Shown: positions 47,691 through 60,785, counted from the stretch's first letter. The stretch: 64,000 nucleotides of DNA from Macrostomum lignano (GCA_002269645.1 NIVC01002813.1:1-64000); one strand, 5' to 3'. Program-made: numbers and translations. Notes: generated from the letters alone by a model not told the origin.

Positions 47691-48937
47691 GTTGTGAGCT
47701 GGATGGTTCGTGTCAGCTTGGGGTTGCTCGATGCGAGTTTTATATTCAAGATTAATTTTCTCTCTCCTTGGGATCCGAAGTCGTGTTTGATCTCACAGTG
47801 CATTCCCTGATGAAACATCCAGCGCGGCCGCAGCTGACTTGCAACCTGTTAATTAAGTCCTGTCAGCTGTAGTCAGAATTCTGACAAGAATATAATTAAA
47901 AGTACAAATGCTGCTACTGCTTAGTAATAACTAATCCGGGATAAGCTTCCTGATAGACAGGTACAAATTTAGTAATTGCACTCGATAATGGGTGATTGAT
48001 TATATAATAAAACCCCAGCCATTGCACTAGTTTGAAGAATATCTATTTATCAGTATTCCCATCCGCCTGCTGATTGTGCCGCAAATCTACCTGACTGACA
48101 GCCTCCAGCCTCCCACCTGCATTGTTGCTTGACCCCGCCAGACAATGCAGTGTATAAACACCACGCAATCTTCCCCCCTCCCGAACCCCCCAGGGAATCG
48201 GCCGAAGGAGGGCAGAAATGCTTTGAGAGAATAAAACAGGAGAAAACGACAGGATGTGGGTCTGATGCTGGCGGATTATTAATTAGTCTATCGGCGATGA
48301 GGGACGGGGGAGGTGTCGGCAGCCTGCGACGGAGTGGCGGTCCAGAGCCCAAATTTATGGGAGGCTTTTTAGCTTCAAATTGGACAATATGCGCGTTTAA
48401 TATCCCCCGCGGTCTCTGAAAGCTTGTCTGGAAGTCGGAAAGTCCAGAGTGAATGCTGATGGCTGACTGGGCGCACCATTTTACATTTTTGTTATTCTCG
48501 CTCTAAATTAATATTTCGCCTGCTCTACTGACAGTAGTGAAGTTGGCTCGCTGGGCCCGCGCCTGAATCAGTGCACAGGCTGCTCCTACTATCGAATGCG
48601 ATCGGTTCGAAACAACCTTGCTGCTGAAGAAGTTTGAGGAGCTTTGATCCGTCTCAGAGACTTGACCGGGGCCTACTCGAAAAATAAGCTCCTCCCCTTT
48701 CCCATCCATCTTCCCAACCGGATCTCTCTCTTCTGCTCGCTCGGGCTCATCTTCTCCTCACTTCACTGGCTCCAATGCTCTCCAGCCCTGACATTGATGC
48801 ATGCCCGCTGCTGCCCCCCGTGTTCATCCATTCACTCTTTCAGCTGCTGGCCCTGCAGCACAGGCCTGCCCTCCTGTGTCCCATGAGCCGCAGCCACTTC
48901 GCTCTGCATTGGCAGGGTCAATCCTGCTGAGAATCCA

Positions 48938-49782
<845 letters not shown>

Positions 49783-50789
49783 CTGTCCGCATTCCTCTTC
49801 TCATACAAAGCGCTGTTTATTCGGCCAGTGTGCCCGTTCTCATCAGCTCTCTTCAATTCAAATATTTATTTAGGCGCAGCAGCACCAGCGGTAATTTATT
49901 CCGACGCCTCTCTTCAGCATTTTCTGCTTCAAGTCGGAGCCCCACCCCCCCCCCCCAAGACACAATAATTTGCAGACTGGCTGATTCCACACCGATGGAA
50001 TCTGGTTCAGCTCAGCTCCATCTCCATCTCGAGTTCCCACAGTTGTAGTTCACTCCTAGGGGCTGGCAATCCAGCTGCCAATTTCTACATAGCAACTATT
50101 CTTTGGGCCTGAAATCCACCAAAGACTTTCTCTGCACTCACAAAGTGAGTAGAGAGTCTCTTGGAGACTTCTAGCTTGCTTACCTGGGTCGCAGAAGCCA
50201 GCTTTTTTGCTGCCAGCAGCTCATTAAGGCGGCAGACTTGATTAAAACAAAATTCTGACTGCGGATCCGCTAGTAGTCTCAGAGCGCTCTGCTTCCTTTG
50301 ATTCGCTCACGGAGTCAGTGTCACGCTTGCAGCGTAGACTGCCTTCCCATCCCCTCCTCAGCTCCTCCTCTTCGGAAGCCCAACCCTCTCCGGATTCCAA
50401 TCAGAGCGCTTCAAGGATCTTTGAAGGAGTAGCATCATTCAAGAACTTTAGAGCTATTTTTGTTAAAGCAACATTAAAGCAAAGAACAACACAAGCCGCG
50501 GTTGATGACATAAAAAAGTGCAATCTTCGTTTTCACTCGGTCGAGAAGAGAGTGGATGGGGGCCGCAAGACGGCGGGGAAAGACGGGGCTAAACAGAGAA
50601 AACGGGTTTCTTGAAATGCCGAACTCACATCACATTTAATAGTATAACAAAGCTGAAAGCACTTGCAGGCCGCTAACCTCTTTATCAGCTGAGCGCAGCC
50701 TCAATGCACTGTGCACTCTCCCCTCTTCCCCTCCATCAGAGCTGAGCAGCCGCTGCCCCCTGCAAGCTCAGTTCTCCGGTGCCAAGCCA

Positions 50790-51307
50790 ATGGAGGCCAG
50801 GCCGAACCACAATAGGCCGGCCAGTGCGGCCAATGCGCCTGATGCAGCTGCGCTGCGGGCCCGCAGGCAAAACCAGACAGCTGGGATCAAGCCGCAGCAG
50901 CAGCAGCCTCACTCAAATCCTGGTGCAGCAACTGGTACAAAACCGAATCAACAGCCGCAGCAGCAGCACCGGGTCCAGCACCATCCGCATTGTACAGCTG
51001 CTAACAACAGCGGCAATGCAGCCGCGGCCGCCTCCACCTCAGCAGCAGCAGCAGCAGCAGGTGCAACAGCAGGAGGAGCCGCGGCAGCGAGTAAAAGTGC
51101 ATCAGCAACCGGAGCCAACGGCCAGCCGAACGACCTGATGTCTGTGGCGATGACTGCGCTGCTGGCGCAGCAGCAGAGCCAGCGGAAGGCGGGCGCAGCC
51201 AGACAGGTGCGCACGGAGCCGCGGGACAAGCGGCCGAACCGCGTGCTGTTCTGCCTGACCATCGACAATCCGCTGCGCAAGCTCATCATCAAAGTGGTTG
51301 ACCTGAA
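50790..51307 (+). CDS. CACNA1 (Cav1): L-type voltage-gated Ca2+ channel alpha-1 subunit, first recognisable coding exon (N-terminus)
   Basis: Ends RVLFCLTIDNPLRKLIIKVVDLK (Cav1-type pre-IS1), with phase-2 donor AA|GTGAGT. The frame is also open back to a possible acceptor at 50739/50740, so the start is uncertain. Confidence 0.85.
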
Positions 51308-51362
51308 GTGAGTGCATACTCAGTATCCCAGTGGGAGTACCTTAGTCCGGCAGGTAGCACAG

Positions 51363-51627
51363 TGTCAGGAGTATCTCACCCTGGTAGGTGGATGTGTCAG
51401 GAGTAGCTCACCCTGGTAGGTGGATGTGTCAGGAGTAGCTCACCCTGGTAGGTGGATGTGTCAGGAGTAGCTCACCCTGGTAGGTGGATGTGTCAGGAGT
51501 AGCTCACCCTGGTAGGTGGATGTGTCAGGAGTAGCTCACCCTGGTAGGTAGATGTGTCAGGAGTAGCTCACCCTGGTAGGTAGATGTGTCAGGAGTATCT
51601 CACCCTGACAGGTAGTTGTGTCAGGAG
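51363..51627. repeat. 32-bp minisatellite, ~8 copies, at the start of Cav1 intron 1
   Basis: Unit GTCAGGAGTAGCTCACCCTGGTAGGTGGATGT. Confidence 0.95.
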
Positions 51628-52386
51628 TGTTTCCTTCTTGCAGTAAGTCCTCCTTTGATCAGGGAGTGGCGCATTACTCCGACAGTGCATTCTCGCTTTG
51701 CCATTAGTAAATATTGACTAAGTAGATGGAAGCCAAAGCGCTGATCCAGGCTGTATCTCGGTTGAATGGTCGGCAAACACTGGCGGTCGTTTCTGAGAGT
51801 TGGGCCTCTCGTTAGTAGTGGGGACTCAAAGGCACAGACACAGTCAGCTGCTGGCGCTCACTCCTCTCAGAGTGCAAAGAGACCTTCGGGCAAATCACAA
51901 AACCAGGCCGGGCATGGGAAGACTCGAGTGTCTCCTTATTTCGCGCTTTTACTATACTCCTTTAGTCACTGAGGAAGTGCAAGCGGCCTTGGCCAGAGAG
52001 GGAAGAGAGAGAGCGAATAAAAGAGTGGACATTGCTTGAATGACTCGCGAGAAGCTACTGCGAAAGAAAGATGGAGTGCGGGTCCTGCAGTGGTCTACTC
52101 GACCGAGGGCCCGAGCTGCCTGCGTCAGGAAATATTTTCTGGCTCTGGAGGCAAGCAAAAAGGAAGCAAAGCAGACTGGAGAGCAATTCTTGGGCAAATT
52201 TCTTAATCAATTCCTGACGCCAAGGTTATTTTTCTGCTTCTCATTTCCCGGCTCTATCGATCGAAGTCCTTGTTATCGCCGTGGACTCTTTTATTGCTCC
52301 CTTCGTCGCCCTCTCTCGGTCCGTCGCAGCCCCTAGCTCATCATAGGTCACCTAAAATTAATTAGCTGCCTCACTGGCTATTCATG

Positions 52387-52541
52387 TGCTCCAGTCAGAT
52401 GTCATTCAATATCCCACCGATGCCAACAGGCTGCTCCAGTCAGACATGTCATTCAATATCCCACCGATGCCAACAGGCTGCTCCAGTCAGACATGTCATT
52501 CAACATCCCACCGCTGCCAACAGGCTGCTCCAGTCAGATGT
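52387..52541. repeat. 45-47-bp tandem repeat, ~3.3 copies
   Basis: TGCTCCAGTCAGA(CA)TGTCATTCAA(T/C)ATCCCACCG(A/C)TGCCAACAGGC. Confidence 0.9.
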
Positions 52542-55500
52542 ATCCGGATCAGCGTATTCTGACAAAAATATTAACATTACTGGAGCATGGAGCGTCCCAA
52601 TAAAAATAGGCGCGCACCGGTTAACCAAGTCAGTGCTGTAGAAAAAGCCATGGTGTGCGGTAGGGTGCTGCACAGACAGGAGGAAGATAGCGGAAGCAAG
52701 GACCGCTGAAGACAATAACACGCAAAACACAGCCCCTTTGCGCAGCCATGGGGAAGGAGAGGCGGAATGAATGGAGCGAAGAAGGGAAGGCAGCAGGGTC
52801 GGGAAGCGCTTTTGTTGTTCTTAGAGAAGACGCAAGGGAGCTGCTGCTGGAAGCCCCTGGCAGCCGGCCTGCGTCAAAGACCTGCAAGCTGGAGCGTAAA
52901 TCAAGGGAGAAACGACAGAGAAGGAGGGAGCGGGATGGGGATTACCCCGGCTACCGGCTTTCCGCATCTCTCTATCTTGCCCCCTTCTCCGCCTCCTCTT
53001 CCATCCACCTCGATTCAGCCGGCGACTACTCGCTAGGGAAGACTATCCCCGGTGGAGTTTTATCCCCAAGAATTGCTCTCGCTATCCCTCGCCCACAAGA
53101 TCCCCGGCACAATTCCAAGCCATTCGGCTCGCAACCCACAGACAGGCAGGCAGACACTCGTTCATTTGAGCCAGCGAGAGCCCCCGTAAGTTGGAAGTGG
53201 CAGGCAGCAGATTTGATTTTCCCGGCTGCCCTTCTGCCCCGGCGAATCGAGAGGAATCTGATTAGGCAGAGTCGGTCTTCTATCTCCCAGCTGGAAGCTG
53301 CATCTCTGCCTTACCTCTCCCGTCTGTCCCTCTCCGGCACTCCATCACCCGCACTCCACCTTTGCCGAGCTGGCATACATCGGCTGGTGCTGGCTCATGC
53401 GTGCAGAGAATCAGCGACGGCTGCTTCGAGGAAAGGTGACAGAAGCAACTGAGCTGCTGTCCTCTGCCCCCCCCCTAAACCTGCCGCCTGCAGATGCCAA
53501 TTCTCCCCTGGGCGCTGCATCTCCCGCCCTACCCCACGGCTTTTGGTCAAATTAGTGCGTCACTCTTCTAATCCTCGCTCCCCTCTTTTTTCTTTTTCTT
53601 AAGCCCCCCTCTGGCTTTGGGAATGGCGGGGCTTCGGCTTCCCGCCATCCCATTTGCTGTGCCAATGAAAGAAGAAAATTAGAAAAAAATCCTCAATGAA
53701 CTTATCCAGTACGACAAACTGATGCTGAAGCAGTCAGAGTGAAAGTTTCGAATTCAAGACCTCTGCACTGTACGGGGGGGACAGCCAAATCAGTGAAGGC
53801 TCAGGTTTCTGAATTGCCCCCCCCCCGTTCGCCTACTCCCTCGCAAATTCCCAGGCACTGGGCTGGGCCGCGCCGCTTCCCAAATTTGTTCAGCACTCAA
53901 CTTTTTTCTTCCGCTCCCCAGCCGGGGATCATTGCGCGAGAGGGAAAGCAGATCCGAGTGGGTTCAAGCGCCCGGTTTTGGGGCACTTTTATCCCTTCAT
54001 TCTACTCGCCATTTTATTCCTCGGTGTCTCCCTCTCTCTCTCTGCCGCTTTCCCGTGGCTTGGGGGTGGCGGCGTCTCCGTCTGGGCGCCGCGAGCGGCT
54101 TCTCTTGGGCCCAATTTCGGCTGGCAGGAGAATTTCAGGGAAATCCTTTACCGTTCTGCGCGGAAGGCGCTCTCTCCTCTTCTCCGGGAGGAAGCTGCTT
54201 CATCTGCTTCATTTTTTCTTTTCTCTCTTCTCTTTCTCTCTCTCCCCCCGGCACCGGAGTGCGGTCTGATTCGACCCTCGGCATCGCCCGGCTGACCGGT
54301 AGGATTAAGAGAATTCAATGGAATCAGGGCCCGAGCTGCTCAGCTGCTTTGATATGAAGCATGGATGCAGAGGATTAACTTTAAAGAGTTTGAAGAGATT
54401 TGGTCAGCATTAGCGGCAGAGTTCTGTGCTATGTCTCTGTCAAACTAAGAAACGGAGAAACTAGGAGTGAAACAGTCGGATGAATTTCACAGACAGGTCA
54501 ACTTACATTCAATTCATTAGGTTATGTACTTTTAAATTTTTGCACTTTTCAATGCTGTTTTTCCGATTTATTGGTATGCATGTCATTAAATCAGATATCA
54601 AGCTGTAAAACCCGGCGAAGCACACACAAAGCCTGACTCTTGCTACGACATGATTTTTTATCCGATTGCTAATCATACACTTTGTGCAATTCGTTAATGA
54701 ATGATTCGAAATTCTGTACAGAAGATGAAGGAATGGAAAGAAGCAAAGTTTGAGACTGGAGTGGCGCCCCAGAGAGGGCATGAGGCTATGGTCCAGCAGT
54801 TTTCTGCACTTGAATGACTCAGGAGGAGCGAGGGAGATTGAGATGCAGCCGGACCTACTCAAATCCCCAATATCCTCAGCCTTTTACTCTGGGATCCGCT
54901 GACCGACCTCTTCAGGCTCCCGCTGTTTCTGGCCGCCCCATGTCCCCCTCTCCCTTCTCCTCCCACTTCCCCAGTCGGGTTTCCATGGCGGCCGACTCAG
55001 AGCGGCTTCTAATTTGCGATTTCAATTTTATTACCTCCAGCTGAGCGCCGGCCCGCGCCAATCAAGTCGCCATCAGGACTGCGCCGCTTCTCTCTCGCCT
55101 CCCCCCAAGCATCGCCTCCGTCCCTCGGCCCGGGCCAGAGCCTGCTTTCTTCGATCTTTTCTCTTTCTTCTTCCATGCAATCGAGGTCGATCTTCGAAGC
55201 CGTATCTTCCTGATCTGTTTTCTCCTTCACCCACCCACTCTCTGTCCCTTCTCTCTCTTTCTCTCTCGATCCTTCTATCATATCCCTCAATTTTTCATCT
55301 TTATAACTTGACACCATCTTATGATTTTCTATCATCGCATTTTTTACTCCATTTTTACCCAGCAATCGATAGGATAAAATGTCAGTCTAACCGCGTAGCA
55401 ACAAAAGAACTTCCTTTGGTTAGACTATTGTCTCCGTCATTTCTCACCCCGTCTGCTGGCAAGCCAAGTCTGCGAAGCCAGGGGGCAAATATTGACTCGG

Positions 55501-55678
55501 GGAGTCTGGCTGGCGGGCGTGCGGATACTCAGGGGGAGGTGAGGGCGGGAATGGGAAATAATAGCAGCGATGCGGCGAGTATTGACCGTGACGCTCTCTA
55601 TGAAATCCCCGGGAAGCTGAGGGCGAGAGTGAACTTTTATCAGTGCCCGCAACTTTAACAAAAAACCGCCTCTTCCAG

Positions 55679-55784
55679 ACCATTTGAGGTGATCATCTTG
55701 CTGACAATCTTTGCCAACTGTGTGGCTCTGGCAGCCACAACTCCCTACCCGGAGTCCGACTCCAACGATGTCAATCACTTCTTG
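55679..55784 (+). CDS. CACNA1 (Cav1): Cav1 alpha-1 exon 2 (IS1)
   Basis: CTTCCAG|A CCA TTT GAG; [35 protein letters not shown]|GTGAGG. Confidence 0.95.
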
Positions 55785-55792
55785 GTGAGGCT

Positions 55793-56130
55793 TGCTGGGT
55801 GTCTGAGATGGCTGTTGCTGGGTGTCTGCTGTTGCTGGGTGTCTGAGATGGCTGTTGCTGGGTGTCTGAGATTGTTGGGTTCTGCTGTTGCTGGGTGTCT
55901 GCATTTGTGTGGGTTCTGCTGTTGCTGGGTGTCTACTGTTTCTGGGTGTCTGCTGTTGCTGGGTGTCTGCTGTTGCTGAGTGTCTGCTGTTTCTGAGTGT
56001 CTGAGATTGCAGTTGTTGGGTTCTGCTGTTGCTGGGTGTCTGCTGTTGCTGGGTGTCTGCTGTTTCTGGGTGTCTGCTGTTGCTGGGTGTCTGCTGTTGC
56101 TGGGTGTCTGAGGTTGTTGTTGCTGGGTGT
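55793..56130. repeat. Degenerate ~18-bp repeat (TGTTGCTGGGTGTCTGC) in Cav1 intron 2
   Basis: Direct inspection. Confidence 0.9.
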
Positions 56131-56198
56131 CTCTTCACCATTATTGAACGAGTTTAAAGTGAAAGTCCTTTTGTAAGCTAAGCTGCTTGGCTCTACAG

Positions 56199-56456
56199 GA
56201 AAAGCTGGAGTTGGTGTTCACCGGCATCTTCACTGCCGAGTGCTGCCTAAAGATAATCGCGCAGGGTTTCGTCATGGACCCGAACTCCTACTTGAGAAAT
56301 TTCTGGAACGCGCTCGACTTTGTCATTGTGGTGATCGGCCTGATCAGCATCCTGCTACAGCGGGTTGTCTCGCCGAACACACTCGACATCAAAGCGTTGA
56401 GAGCGTTCAGGGTGCTCAGACCGCTGCGACTCGTCTCAGGACTGCCCAGCTTGCAG
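56199..56456 (+). CDS. CACNA1 (Cav1): Cav1 alpha-1 exon 3 (IS2-IS4)
   Basis: CTACAG|[23 protein letters not shown]...[14 protein letters not shown]...[22 protein letters not shown]|GTACGA; S4 voltage sensor. Confidence 0.97.
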
Positions 56457-56493
56457 GTACGAATTCGAGTTTGACTGAGGCAGACTCTATGAT

Positions 56494-58116
56494 CTGAGAG
56501 TGTAGCTCTATGACCTCCGTGACCAGAGAGTGTAGCTTTATGACCTCCGTGACCAGAGAGTGTAGCTCTATGACCTCCGTGACCAGAGAGTGTAGCTCTA
56601 TGACCTCCGTGACCAGAGAGTGTAGCTCTATGACCTCCGTGACCAGAGAGTGTAGCTCTATGACCTCCGTGACCAGAGAGTGTAGCTTTATGACCTCCGT
56701 GACCAGAGAGTGTAGCTTTATGACTCCCGTGACCAGAGAGTGTAGCTCTATGACTCCCGTGACCAGAGAGTGTAGCTTTATGACCTCCGTGACCAGAGAG
56801 TGTAGCTCTATGACCTCCGTAACCAGAGAGTGTAGCTTTATGACCTCCGTGACCAGAGAGTGTAGCTCTATGACCTCCGTGACCAGAGAGTGTAGCTTTA
56901 TGACCTCCGTGACCAGAGAGTGTAGCTCTATGACCTCCGTGACCAGAGAGTGTAGCTCTATGACCTCCGTGACCAGAGAGTGTAGCTTTATGACCTCCGT
57001 GACCAGAGAGTGTAGCTTTATGACCTCCGTGACCAGAGAGTGTAGCTTTATGACCTCCGTGACCAGAGAGTGTAGCTCTATGACCTCCGTGACCAGAGAG
57101 TGTAGCTCTATGACCTCCGTGACCAGAGAGTGTAGCTCTATGACCTCCGTGACCAGAGAGTGTAGCTCTATGACCTCCGTGACCAGAGAGTGTAGCTTTA
57201 TGACCTCCGTGACCAGAGAGTGTAGCTTTATGACCTCCGTGACCAGAGAGTGTAGCTTTATGACTCCCGTGACCAGAGAGTGTAGCTCTATGACTCCCGT
57301 GACCAGAGAGTGTAGCTCTATGACCTCCGTGACCAGAGAGTGTAGCTCTATGACCTCCGTGACCAGAGAGTGTAGCTTTATGACCTCCGTGACCAGAGAG
57401 TGTAGCTCTATGACCTCCGTGACCAGAGAGTGTAGCTCTATGACTCCCGTGACCAGAGAGTGTAGCTTTATGACCTCCGTGACCAGAAAGTGTAGCTTTA
57501 TGACCTCCGTGACCAGAGAGTGTAGCTTTATGACCTCCGTGACCAGAGAGTGTAGCTTTATGACCTCCGTGACCAGAGAGTGTAGCTTTATGACCTCCGT
57601 GACCAGAGAGTGTAGCTCTATGACCTCCGTGACCAGAGAGTGTAGCTTTATGACCTCCGTGACCAGAGAGTGTAGCTCTATGACCTCCGTGACCAGAGAG
57701 TGTAGCTCTATGACCTCCGTGACCAGAGAGTGTAGCTCTATGACCTCCGTGACCAGAGAGTGTAGCTCTATGACTCCGTGACCAGAGAGTGTAGCTTTAT
57801 GACCTCCGTGACCAGAGAGTGTAGCTTTATGACCTCCGTGACCAGAGAGTGTAGCTCTATGACCTCCGTGACCAGAGAGTGTAGCTTTATGACCTCCGTG
57901 ACCAGAGAGTGTAGCTCTATGACCTCCGTGACCACAGAGTGTAGCTTTATGACCTCCGTGACCAGAGAGTGTAGCTTTATGACCTCCGTGACCAGAGAGT
58001 GTAGCTCTATGACCTCCGTGACCAGAGAGTGTAGCTCTATGACTCCCGTGACCAGAGAGTGTAGCTTTATGACCTCCGTGACCAGAGAGTGTAGCTCTAT
58101 GACCTCCGTGACCAGA
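56494..58116. repeat. 30-bp minisatellite, ~54 copies, about 95% of Cav1 intron 3
   Basis: Unit GTGACCAGAGAGTGTAGCT(C/T)TATGACCTCC. Confidence 0.97.
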
Positions 58117-58155
58117 TTCCAAACCCACAATTGTTGATTTCTCTTCAATGCACAG

Positions 58156-58312
58156 GTCGTGTTGAACTCCATAATGCGGGCCATGCTCCCCCTGCTGCAC
58201 ATCGCTCTGCTGGTGATCTTTGTAATTCTCATCTACGCCATCATTGGCCTTGAGATGTTCTCTGGGAAGCTGCACGGAGCTTGCTACAAAAGAGATCACG
58301 TGACTGGACTCT
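58156..58312 (+). CDS. CACNA1 (Cav1): Cav1 alpha-1 exon 4 (IS5)
   Basis: GCACAG|[44 protein letters not shown]... |GTGAGT. LHIALLV is Cav1-diagnostic (Cav2 has LQIGLLL). Confidence 0.97.
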
Positions 58313-59952
58313 GTGAGTTTTGTGATCACGGACTGGTGTAAATTTTAATTTAACCATGCCAAATGCGGACATTTTGAGCATGTGATGCCAAGGAGTACAA
58401 GAAAAGAAAAAAGAGTACACTGCGGAGATAGGAAAAATCATTTTTTCAGCACACGATACTTGAGTTTCACGTCCTGTTATGCAGTAACTACAGTGGTCAG
58501 CTAATAGGGCGCGGAATTGATAAAAATTCCCAATAGACAGGAATGCGAATCATTGCGCGGGTTCTCACTGAGGCTAAATGAAAATGAAATAAGATAGTGA
58601 CAGAACTCTCAGCTGCAGCGCAGATGCTGCATGCGTGCCCCCCCCCCGAAGATGGCATGAAAATTGGGCAGCAAACTGGCTGGAGGAAGGCGAAACAGCC
58701 GGGGTCGCTTATTTCTTCATTCATTCCGCAGTGGCAAGCGGCCTCGCGCCCCTCCGGGGTCTAGGAGGAGGGACGCGGCCCGGGGGCTCGAGTCTCCGCC
58801 GGAAAAAGGACGAAAAGGAGAATGCGGGGGGGGGGGTCACGGCGAAAATCACAGACCTGCAGGCCAGACCTATGGCAAGGGCCGAACCCGTCACGCTCCC
58901 GCGGCTCGGGCGCTGCGCTGTCCCGGCCAAAAATTCCATATTTTGCTGTCTTTCTACTCTCTTTCTGCTCGGTTTCTAACTCTCCATCGCTTGGTCTGCC
59001 TCCTGGGCCGCTGCGGGCTATCTCCCGGACCCCAGAATCCCCTGAGGGGATGAAGGAAAGAGAGGCGGGCCTGGCAACTGTCTCCATCACGGACCTGTCG
59101 GTCACTGTCTTTCCACTTATTCATTCCGGAGCGCCTGCGCCATTGCACCCGTCGCTTAAAGTTTTTGCCTCATCTCTTCTGTTGGACTGGCCTCTCTTTT
59201 CAATCAGTTTCCGACTGCCCGTCACAGGTGAACTCCGAGTCAGGCACACAGACAGACAGAAGACTTGCATCGAGTTCAAACGTTTTAGAAATCGTTGAAA
59301 AAGTGCTGTGCAACGCGTGAACAATGCCATGGAATCGATTGTTTTTAAAAAGTAGAAATATTGTCACCATTTTTTTTACCACGAAATCGCTGGGCAGCAA
59401 AGGAGCTTTTGTTTATAAACAACGTTACGTTGCTTTTTCTGTCTGATCTGCCTAGAGTACGCAGACAGAGAGGGGGTTTGGTCCCAAGGATGATATATAT
59501 AAACAACTGGATTGTCAGACTGGCGCTAAAGCATGCCTAATTTTTGTCCCGCAAACCCCCCCCCCTCCTTCATGCTCATTGGCTGGAGGGTTTCAAATAC
59601 ACTAGGAAGATATATAACAACTTTGCAAACACACCCACCACGGCCCGCGAGCCCTCCCGTCCTAGCTAGTTTTCTAACCACCAGGCAATGTTTATACTGT
59701 ACATAGGTCAGTATGGCGAGTGAGCTAAAAATATCAGCCAATGAGGAGGAAGCAGTGGTTTTGCGGGTTCACATTTTAGGCATATTCAACCCTTTTGGTG
59801 GTGGAGTAGTTTGACAATCCAGTTGTTATTTATCTTCCTTGGTTGGTCCTGAGGGGTTAACAGAATGTACATTCCAGTTTCCACTGTACACTGTACACTA
59901 GCCATGCACAAGAATGACCTTGGGAATCAACCCCGACGTTTCTAATAATAAC

Positions 59953-60013
59953 GAAATACGCTATTGGCTCGCGACAGTCACGTGACAATTGTTTCGTCCA
60001 ATAGCGAAATTTC
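59953..60013. promoter_or_regulatory. Palindromic module: inverted CCAAT arms around a GTCACGTGAC E-box
   Basis: CGCTATTGG (59959-59967) ... GTCACGTGAC (59977-59986) ... CCAATAGCG (59998-60006). Function is inferred only. Confidence 0.4.
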
Positions 60014-60206
60014 AGTACCGGGCCGGTTCTCCTGATTGGTTAAGTTAGGCATTCTCTTACAGGCGACGACCTTAACCAGAGGGGTCATCCACGAGCGTAC
60101 GTAAGCAGGCACACGAACTGGCACTCATTCGTTAGAAAGCATGCATAAGCTGTGCGCTCAAGCGTTTCCTAATCCGTTGAAATTTTTTTGGTCCGCTAAA
60201 CTGCAG

Positions 60207-60588
60207 GGCAAATCAGTGACGATCCCCGACCTTGCGACAGCCGAACCCAGGAGGAGCTGAAGGGCTGGAACTGCCGCGGCGCCGACTACCAGGACGATCC
60301 GCCGGAGAACTGGACCTGCCTGGACGCCAACGTCGCCGACAAGCACTGGCGGCCTCGGCCGGGCATCACCGAGCGCTGGGAGGGCCCGAACTCGGGCATC
60401 ACGAACTTCAATAACATCGGCTTAGCCATGCTGACGGTGTTCCAGTGCATCACCATGGAGGGCTGGACCGATGTGATGTACTACGTCACTGACAGCATGG
60501 GGCCCGAGTTCGCCTGGCTGTACTTTGTCAGCCTCATCATTCTGGGCTCATTCTTCGTGATGAATTTGGTGCTCGGCGTTCTCAGCGG
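60207..60588 (+). CDS. CACNA1 (Cav1): Cav1 alpha-1 exon 5 (turret, pore loop I, IS6)
   Basis: CTGCAG| phase 1; ...[30 protein letters not shown]...[13 protein letters not shown]|GTGAGG; selectivity-filter Glu in TMEGW. Confidence 0.97.
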
Positions 60589-60785
60589 GTGAGGCTGGGT
60601 TCTTGAGAATTCAAACACTCCGATGATGCGCTTACAACCAGCACTTTGCTGTCATTGCTTTTTTGTTAAAGTGTCGATTAACAAATGTGTGGAATTAACA
60701 ATTAACAATTAGAATTCGCCACCGCTTTCCGAATTCTATTTAGATTAGAGTTTCCCCAACCGCCCTAAACCCTTCACAAATTCAG

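Noticed and set aside
45224-47818. 864-aa HNKLHPT and 628-aa ELGVACC repeat proteins; also the repeat ORFs at 5808, 8867, 12671, 33406, 36713, 39322, 48801, 56416 and 56510
   Set aside because: These are stop-free frames of minisatellites, open in several frames and strands at once, with no codon-position-biased variation evident.
47807-47850. Hammerhead ribozyme core (CTGATGA)
   Set aside because: There is no stem II closing onto a GAAA and no cleavage-site helices.
55551-55658. Alternative myristoylated Cav1 N-terminus (MGNNSSDAAS...)
   Set aside because: The nearby donor (55629) is phase 0 but exon 2 needs phase 2; the join gives an immediate stop.
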